DNA of 64,000 bases from Waddliaceae bacterium (lineage in GTDB: Bacteria > Chlamydiota > Chlamydiia > Chlamydiales > SLFE01): contig CAVYRW010000004.1 in NCBI GenBank assembly GCA_963771045.1, forward strand, positions 401,436 to 465,435, in the 5' to 3' direction. This document shows, in pieces, positions 57,816 through 64,000 of the stretch (positions are counted from its first letter, which is position 1; the number at the start of each line of letters is the position of its first letter). Under the pieces are notes generated by a model. It ran no database searches. It was not told the DNA's origin and was given only the letters and a program-made list of their open reading frames with translations. Position numbers and translations under genes: made by a program.

Positions 57816-57981
57816 AAATTCTCCCTGGCCTTTTTGCTGCGACAAATGCCAGAGTGCCGATCTGCACGGCTGGCTGTCGGAAGACTATAAATTTTCCCGA
57901 GAACTGAATGAAGAAGAGTTCGATGAATGGGCGAGGAAGAAATTCGGAAAGCTCAACCCCTATGATCCCGATGCTTTTTAA
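57755..57981 (+). CDS. yacG: YacG-like DNA gyrase inhibitor (needs +1 nt near 57775)
   Basis: MKSASCP(N)CGKEV..SPWPFCCDKCQSADLHGWLSEDY matches the YacG CxxC..PFCS.RC..DL..W pattern. Confidence 0.65.
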
Positions 57982-57992
57982 TAAGAGGGCTT

Positions 57993-58873
57993 ATGGAAGA
58001 GGCGCTTAAGGATTTTTTTCTTTATCTTACAGCCGAGAAGGGGCTTTCGCTCAATACAATTGATGCGTATCAAAATGATCTTGCTAAAGTTTTGCGAGTA
58101 TTTGGCTTCGGAAGGACTTTGCGATTTCAACCAGACGACACAGGAACACATTGTCGGTTTTTTGGCATTGCTCAGGTCACATAACTATTCAGAGGCGACT
58201 GTAGCTAGAGCATTTTTTGCCGATTAAGGTTTTTTTCCGTTATTTGAAAAGGGAAAAACTGGTCGAGAAGAACGTCGCTTACTATTTGGAGAATCCCAAA
58301 CTTTGGCAGCTGCTTCCGGCTGTTATGAGTTCACATGAAGTCGACCGACTGCTTGCCGCTCCCGACGAAAACACCCCTGAGGGGCTCAGGGACAAAGCAA
58401 TTTTGGAAGTTCTCTACGCTTGCGGCCTCCGCGTGTCGGAAGCATGCAGCTTGAAGATTTATGATGTCGACGACAATTTTATCAAAGTTTGCGGCAAAGG
58501 CGGCAAAGAGCGGACAGTGCCCATTGGAAGAGCGGCGCTAAAAGCGGTAGACAAATATTTGTCACGCTGCCGCGTCGACACGGGAGGAGAGGGGGACCAC
58601 CAGTTTTTTGTCACATCAAGAGGAAAGCCGATCGATCGGATCTTTGTCTGGAAAATGATCAAAAAATACGCACTTCAGGCAAATATTAGCAAAAATATCT
58701 CGCCTCACACGCTGCGGCATTCTTTCGCCACGCATCTTTTGGACAACGGCGCAGACCTTAGAGTCATTCAGGAGCTGCTCGGCCACGCCAGCATCAGCAG
58801 CACTGACAGATACACTCATGTGAGCCGAAAACATCTGATCACTTCATTTGAAAAATTTCATCCAAGAAATTAA
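57993..58873 (+). CDS. xerD: Tyrosine recombinase XerD, two apparent frameshifts (~58089, ~58217)
   Basis: KGLSLNTIDAY; RDKAILEVLYACGLRVSE; GKGGKERTVP; SPHTLRHSFATHLLDNGADLRVIQELLGH..TDRYTHV. Confidence 0.88.
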
Positions 58874-59007
58874 AAGTTATTTTGGAAAGGAGAGACAATG
58901 GTGCACACACAACTATTCAGATATACCTGCTTATTGAAATAGCTTCAAATTGCTAAAGAAAAATCGATTTTCTCGGTGCATTTGAAGTCGACGAATATGA
59001 AATTCTA

Positions 59008-59280
59008 ATGGATTTTTTACCCAATAATCTTTTCCAAATTCAAGATATCAACTATTTGAAGCAGCTTGATGCCAAACAAAGAAAAGAGCTGATCGATTCA
59101 ATCAGGTTAAATTGTAAAAAGGAATCCAACATCTTGGATTTATCGAAATTGATCATGAACCCATTTTCTTATTGGGATCTGTTGCTTTCGATCAGATTCT
59201 CCCGGTGGCTCAATTTTATGCGGCCAACATCGGTAAACCCTCTGTATTCGAGCGCTTCTCTTCGGAAGGATAATTTTTAA
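59008..59280 (+). CDS. Small hypothetical protein
   Basis: 90-aa ORF only. Confidence 0.35.
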   Translation: MDFLPNNLFQIQDINYLKQLDAKQRKELIDSIRLNCKKESNILDLSKLIMNPFSYWDLLLSIRFSRWLNFMRPTSVNPLYSSASLRKDNF

Positions 59281-59323
59281 AAAAGACAGGCGATTGATGT
59301 AACGATCCCTTTGATCGATGCCG

Positions 59324-59406
59324 TTTCAGCTTTATACCCGTGATTGTGACCTAATCTGAGGCTGGGCGCTACAGATTAGGTCACAATCACGGGTATAAAG
59401 CTGAAA
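59324..59406. repeat. Perfect 35-bp inverted repeat: minimal CCCGTG MITE inside a palindrome
   Basis: TTTCAGCTTTATACCCGTGATTGTGACCTAATCTG-13 nt-reverse complement. Confidence 0.85.
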
Positions 59407-59476
59407 TTGATGGAGATAGTCTTTCAATTTCCTGAAAAAGATATGGCTGAGAGCAATAAAGCCTTAATACCGGTGC

Positions 59477-59926
59477 TTACGCAGCGGAATTAGCTGTCTT
59501 AAACCCTTTGTTTGGATGTAGGAAGTGATTATCATCCGCTGATCTGTCCAGCGCTTGCCAGCCGACATAGCACCCGATGATAGGTGGCACGGCAAGGTAG
59601 AGGTAAGGCCAGGAAGCAAAAGCGACAACCAGAATGATTGCTTTAGCGACAATATTGACTTTCTGAAAGGTATTCCAGAGTGCTGCGACTCCATCTCGTA
59701 GTTGGTTGCGAAAAACCAGTCCCAATACGGAACCGGCTAAAGTCAATTGGGGGAACGCAACAAACGAGACGACGCCGGCAAGCATGACAAATGTACAGGC
59801 GGCGATATCGGCCACCTTTTGAGCGGTTGTGCTGTTAAGATTATCATGATAACTATGAAATCTGGGAGTTAAATGATGATCTAGAAACTTTACTGTAGAA
59901 GCAGTTGCATCTTTAATATAGTGCAT
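59477..59926 (-). CDS. Inc-like membrane protein
   Basis: Two bilobed hydrophobic stretches; no signal peptide. Confidence 0.6.
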   Translation of the reverse strand: MHYIKDATASTVKFLDHHLTPRFHSYHDNLNSTTAQKVADIAACTFVMLAGVVSFVAFPQLTLAGSVLGLVFRNQLRDGVAALWNTFQKVNIVAKAIILVVAFASWPYLYLAVPPIIGCYVGWQALDRSADDNHFLHPNKGFKTANSAA

Positions 59927-59974
59927 TATTATCTCCTAATTTTATTTAAAAAATATAATTAATAAATAATATTA

Positions 59975-60421
59975 TCAGATTTGGTTTTTTTTCGGTAGAT
60001 AATTTGTCATTACCGAAAACGTATAAGCGCCTGCCCCCAGCGATGTCATAAGAGAAGTTTGGTCGGGAAATGCATATAATAAAATTAAACCTACAACATA
60101 AGCTGAGACACGGACTCCTTGGTCTGCCCATATATCTTGAATTTTTTTGACGATTTCCTGGACCTCGGGAGGAATTTGGGCGCTGTAGCGGTCAATGGCT
60201 AGTCCTAGGAAAAATCCGGCAACCGACCCTCCTAAAGTTATCCAGAAACGGCTGGCAATCTGGGTAATGGCGAAAGCTAAACCGGCGATCTTGTCAGCGT
60301 TTTCGTAGATCTGATAATTTTCAATTAGAGTTTTAAAGTTATCGAGCTTTTGGTTCACTCCATTAAGAAATGTCGGTTCCTTCGGTTGATTCCAACCCAT
60401 GTAATAGTTGACTAGATTCAT
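59975..60421 (-). CDS. Inc-like membrane protein (probable paralog of 59477-59926)
   Basis: Same size and hydropathy layout; A.K.A..A and L.GSV.G shared. Confidence 0.6.
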   Translation of the reverse strand: MNLVNYYMGWNQPKEPTFLNGVNQKLDNFKTLIENYQIYENADKIAGLAFAITQIASRFWITLGGSVAGFFLGLAIDRYSAQIPPEVQEIVKKIQDIWADQGVRVSAYVVGLILLYAFPDQTSLMTSLGAGAYTFSVMTNYLPKKNQI

Positions 60422-60589
60422 TGCGTCCCTCCCTGTTAAAATAAAAATGGAAGTTTACAGTATCAAAGAATTTTTTATCCAGAACCTTGATTAATTTTCC
60501 TTAATTTTTTACTATTCAAACAACTATCGTAAATGGTGTTTTTTCGCATATAAAAATTTCATTTAAAATCAAATATTTGCCGAAATTCT

Positions 60590-61415
60590 GGTGGTCCATA
60601 ACATGTAATGCTCAATTTTTGAATTGACATTGATTTCCTTGTGCGTTTTCCTTTGTTTCTAAAACGAATGGAGGACCCAAATGACACCCACTTGTCCTAA
60701 CTGTAAATCCACCAGTATCAAAAAGAACGGCCATATTCACAGTGGAAAGCAAAATCATAGGTGTTTGTCTTGTGGAAGGCAATTCGTCATCGATCCTCAG
60801 CAAAAAATAATATCAGATGAGACAAAATCAAGAGTAAGACAGGCATTGCTTGAACGCGTTTCTCTCGAAGGTATTTGTAGAATCTTTGACGTCAGCATGC
60901 CCTGGCTTTTGAATTTTATGAACAGAATAATCGAAGATCTTCCAGAAGATTTGAATGCGGATGTCACTGGAGAAGAAGAGTTTGAGGTAGCTATACTTGA
61001 GCTTGATGAACGGTGGAGCTATGTAGGAAAGAAAAAAAATCCAATATGGCTTTGGCTCGCATTTCATTCAGGTACACGACAGGTATTAGCTATGCATGTA
61101 GGAAAAAGAAATAAGCAAGCAGCAGAATCCTTATTAGCGAAGCTCCCCGAGGACTTAAAAAAAAAGCCGTCTTTTATACGGATAAGTTCTCAATCTACTA
61201 CGAAGTCCTTCCTTGGGAACAACATCGCCCAGTCGGAAAGGAGTCAGGTAAGACAAGCTACATTGAGAGATTTAATAACACGCTCAGGCAGCGATGCTCA
61301 AGGCTAGTGAGAAAAACCCTTTCATTTTCAAAGAAAATTGAGAACCATATTGGCATGATAAAATATTTTATATGTGACTATAACTAGAGAAAAGCATTAC
61401 AAGTTTAGGACTACC
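60590..61415 (+). mobile_element. IS1-family element, copy 2 (826 bp)
   Basis: Near-identical to 7098-7923; 8-bp duplication GAAATTCT (60582-60589, 61416-61423); premature TAG at 61385-61387. Confidence 0.93.
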
Positions 61416-61428
61416 GAAATTCTTTATT

Positions 61429-62097
61429 TTGCTATTGTTCAATGTCTCCAGTATCATGGCACACCCGCCAGAAGCAGATGATCAATCAATTCTAGTATTT
61501 TCTATTCCAAAAGGGGGAACTCACCTGATTGAACTCTATCAACACTATTTCTCTATAGGCCATTTTCATGGACCCTATGCCTGTATTCCGCATAATGAAG
61601 AATGGAAGCTAATTTTAAATATCCGTGACTTAAGAGATGTAATCATTTCTTTTAAAAATCGAAGTTTTCCCCCAGTCGGTTGGGATTATGAGACTTGGTT
61701 TTCATTAACAGAAAGTGAGCAAATTACCTATTTTATCAATGATTATAAAGAGGTATTTAACCCTCTCGACCAGGCCATTTATTTTCTTGAAACATTAGAA
61801 AACAATCCCAATGCACTGGTCGTCAAGTTTGAAGATTTAGTCGGGCCAAAAGGGGGTGGATCTCTTGACGCACAAAAATTGGAAATTAGAAAAATTGCAG
61901 ACTATCTCGGCATCAAGATTACTGAAAAAGAAATCGACGATATTGCCGATAAATTGTTTGGGAGAACTATAACCTTTAAAAAAGGCCAAATAGGTCAATG
62001 GAAAGAGGAGTTTACCGCTTTACAAATAAGCCAAGTAAAAGAAAAATTAGACTCTCTCTTGATCGAGTTGGGTTATGAATCGGATTTTGACTGGTGA
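61429..62097 (+). CDS. PAPS-dependent sulfotransferase-domain protein, 5' end disrupted by IS1
   Basis: SIPKGGTHLI (5'PSB loop), IRDLRDVIIS (3'PB), VKFEDLV, KKGQIGQWKEEF. Confidence 0.8.
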   Translation: MLLFNVSSIMAHPPEADDQSILVFSIPKGGTHLIELYQHYFSIGHFHGPYACIPHNEEWKLILNIRDLRDVIISFKNRSFPPVGWDYETWFSLTESEQITYFINDYKEVFNPLDQAIYFLETLENNPNALVVKFEDLVGPKGGGSLDAQKLEIRKIADYLGIKITEKEIDDIADKLFGRTITFKKGQIGQWKEEFTALQISQVKEKLDSLLIELGYESDFDW

Positions 62098-62215
62098 TTT
62101 AACATACGCAACTTTGACAAAAGAGCTTCATGCGCAGAAGTCATCATTTTGGTAACTTTTATGCAACAAAAGTCGGTTTATTTCTGTGATCTACTGCGGC
62201 TAAACTACAATTTTT

Positions 62216-63670
62216 TCACTGAAGCTTTTGTTTGAGGAGGGTGTTGACCGTCTGGGGGTCGGCTTTGCCACGCGAGAGTTTCATGACTTGCCCCATAAGG
62301 AACTTGAATGCGCGCTCTTTGCCGCTTCTGTAGTCGTCGACCGATTCTTGATTTTCGGCAATGACTTGGTCGACGAGAGACTCAATTTCTCCAAGGTCGC
62401 TTAAGGGCTGGTAGTCGGGGTTCTCTTTGATGATTTGCTCGGGTCCTTTTTGGGGATGTTCAAGCATGTCGTCGGCCACTTTCTTGGCGATTTTTCCCGT
62501 GATCGTGCCTTTGTCGATGAGATTGACGAGCGTTGCGATATCTTCAGGAGGAATTCTTGTGTCGATAAGGCTTTTTCCCGATTCTTTTAGCTGTCCGGCA
62601 AATTCGATAATGAGCCAGTTGGAGAGGGCGCGGGCATTGGAGCATGTTTTGAGGCAAATTTCAAAATAGTCTGCCAAGGGTTTGTCGCTTGTTAAAATGA
62701 ACGCGAGTTCGGGATTGAGCTTGAGTTGACTGACGTAGCGCCTTTCTCTTTGCAGGGGGAGCTCGGGAAGCTGGGAGCGGATTTTTTCAATATAATCTTG
62801 GACGAGGATGATCGGAGGAAGGTCCGGCTCGGGAAAATAGCGGTAATCTTCGGCATACTCTTTCCGCCGCATCAGAACGGTTTGCTTGCTGTCGGGATCC
62901 CAGCGGTAGGTCGCCTGCGTAATCACTTCGGCAGGGTCTTTATTCGGTTCGTTTTCATAGACGAGGATCTGCCGTTTGATTTCCGATTCGATCGCCATTT
63001 CCATAAAGGTAAAGGAGTTCATGTTTTTGATTTCGATTTTGTTGCGGAATCCTTCTTCCCCTTTGGGACGGACGGAGACGTTGACGTCGAAGCGGAGAGA
63101 CCCCTCTTCCATGTTGCAGTCGGAGGCATCGAGGTACTGCAGAATGGCTTTGATGGCCATAGCATAGGCAACAGCCTCTTTCGCACTGTGGATGCAGGGC
63201 TCGGAGACGATCTCGATGAGGGGGACGCCGGCTCTGTTGTAATCGACGCCGGCAAAATTTCCGAAGTGAGTGAGCTTGCCGGCGTCGTCTTCAAGGTGGA
63301 CGCGGTTGATGGCGAAAGCTTTCTCTTCGCCCTCGACTTCGCAAATGACTTCTCCGCCCCAGATGATGGGCTCGTCAAACTGAGTGATTTGGAAATTGCG
63401 GGGGCTGTCGGGATAAAAGTAGGATTTGCGGTCGAATTTGCTGAAATGGGCAACCTCGCCGTTGATGGCGCAGCCGAATTGCACGGCCTTGCGGACAGCT
63501 TCTTTATTCAGAACAGGGAGGGCGCCCGGCATGCCGGTACAAACTTCGGTAATATTGGTATTGGGCTCATCGCCAAAACGGTTGGGCGCGACGCTGAAGA
63601 GTTTTGATTTTGTATTGAGCTCGGAGTGGATTTCCAGGCCGATAATCACTTCCCAGTCTTGTCTTGGCAT
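62216..63670 (-). CDS. gatB: Asp/Glu-tRNA amidotransferase subunit B
   Basis: [51 protein letters not shown]. Confidence 0.97.
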   Translation of the reverse strand: MPRQDWEVIIGLEIHSELNTKSKLFSVAPNRFGDEPNTNITEVCTGMPGALPVLNKEAVRKAVQFGCAINGEVAHFSKFDRKSYFYPDSPRNFQITQFDEPIIWGGEVICEVEGEEKAFAINRVHLEDDAGKLTHFGNFAGVDYNRAGVPLIEIVSEPCIHSAKEAVAYAMAIKAILQYLDASDCNMEEGSLRFDVNVSVRPKGEEGFRNKIEIKNMNSFTFMEMAIESEIKRQILVYENEPNKDPAEVITQATYRWDPDSKQTVLMRRKEYAEDYRYFPEPDLPPIILVQDYIEKIRSQLPELPLQRERRYVSQLKLNPELAFILTSDKPLADYFEICLKTCSNARALSNWLIIEFAGQLKESGKSLIDTRIPPEDIATLVNLIDKGTITGKIAKKVADDMLEHPQKGPEQIIKENPDYQPLSDLGEIESLVDQVIAENQESVDDYRSGKERAFKFLMGQVMKLSRGKADPQTVNTLLKQKLQ

Positions 63671-63678
63671 TCTATCTC

Positions 63679-64000
63679 CTATTTGGCAAATTCCGGCTTA
63701 GCTTTGTGAAAATCGGTTTTTTGTTCAAACGCGTGGGCTGTTTTAAACACGCGGACATCTTCTTTTTGGGGGCCGATAAGCTGCAAACCGTAGGGTTTAT
63801 TTTCTTCGACAAATCCGCAGGGAATACTGATGGAGGGAGTTCCGGCGAGATTGGCGGCAATCGTATAGATATCTTCCAAATACATCTGGAGAGGATCTTT
63901 TATTGATCCCAGCTCGAAAGTTCCCGAAGGGGATACAGGGAGAGCGATAACGTCGCATTTTTTGAAAGCTTCTTCAAACTGCTTAATAATGAGCGTGCGC
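63679..64000 (-). CDS. gatA: Amidotransferase subunit A, 3' part
   Basis: [46 protein letters not shown]; upstream of gatB. Confidence 0.93.
   Translation of the reverse strand, partial: RTLIIKQFEEAFKKCDVIALPVSPSGTFELGSIKDPLQMYLEDIYTIAANLAGTPSISIPCGFVEENKPYGLQLIGPQKEDVRVFKTAHAFEQKTDFHKAKPEFAK

Noticed and set aside
57993-58873. XerD as the integrase of the ssrA cassette array
   Set aside because: Typical housekeeping XerD in core context 34 kb away; the att repeats do not resemble dif sites
62726-63607. 293-aa ORF overlapping gatB, and other long antisense or alternate-frame ORFs (e.g. 26874-27605, 39264-39860)
   Set aside because: Shadow frames of well-supported genes with no motifs

Overview
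Bacterial chromosomal window, most likely an environmental chlamydia (inference from the long-form LepB, archaeal/eukaryote-type IleS, tmRNA tag style and many eukaryote-like effector candidates). Left ~24 kb is an AT-rich accessory region downstream of the tmRNA gene (ssrA, minus strand, 24171-24581). The 14-bp tmRNA 3' end recurs five more times (9117, 10816, 17057, 21100, 22582), each time fused to the same ~22-bp palindromic arm. These repeats split the region into five integrase-less cargo cassettes of 1.5-2.5 kb once ISs are removed: acr3; DUF4258/HTH pair plus hypothetical; AAA-DUF4143 ATPase; sulP-phnA; HTH-Fic. Further left are an outer-membrane beta-barrel gene and an Rrf2-NnrS-Ric nitrosative-stress operon. 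The region is peppered with ISs that keep their target duplications (IS21 nested in IS5, IS1, IS256, two IS66). Right ~40 kb is mostly core genome (fluC, ileS, lepB, pncBA, trmB, pgi, xerD, gatB, gatA) mixed with effector-like genes: a CX5R phosphatase, a 2935-aa protease+SF2 helicase-like protein, ankyrin, two BTB, two Inc-like proteins and a sulfotransferase. It also holds a 1564-bp IS903-type element carrying a GxxExxY passenger gene. Clustered single-base frameshifts in essential genes probably reflect assembly error.
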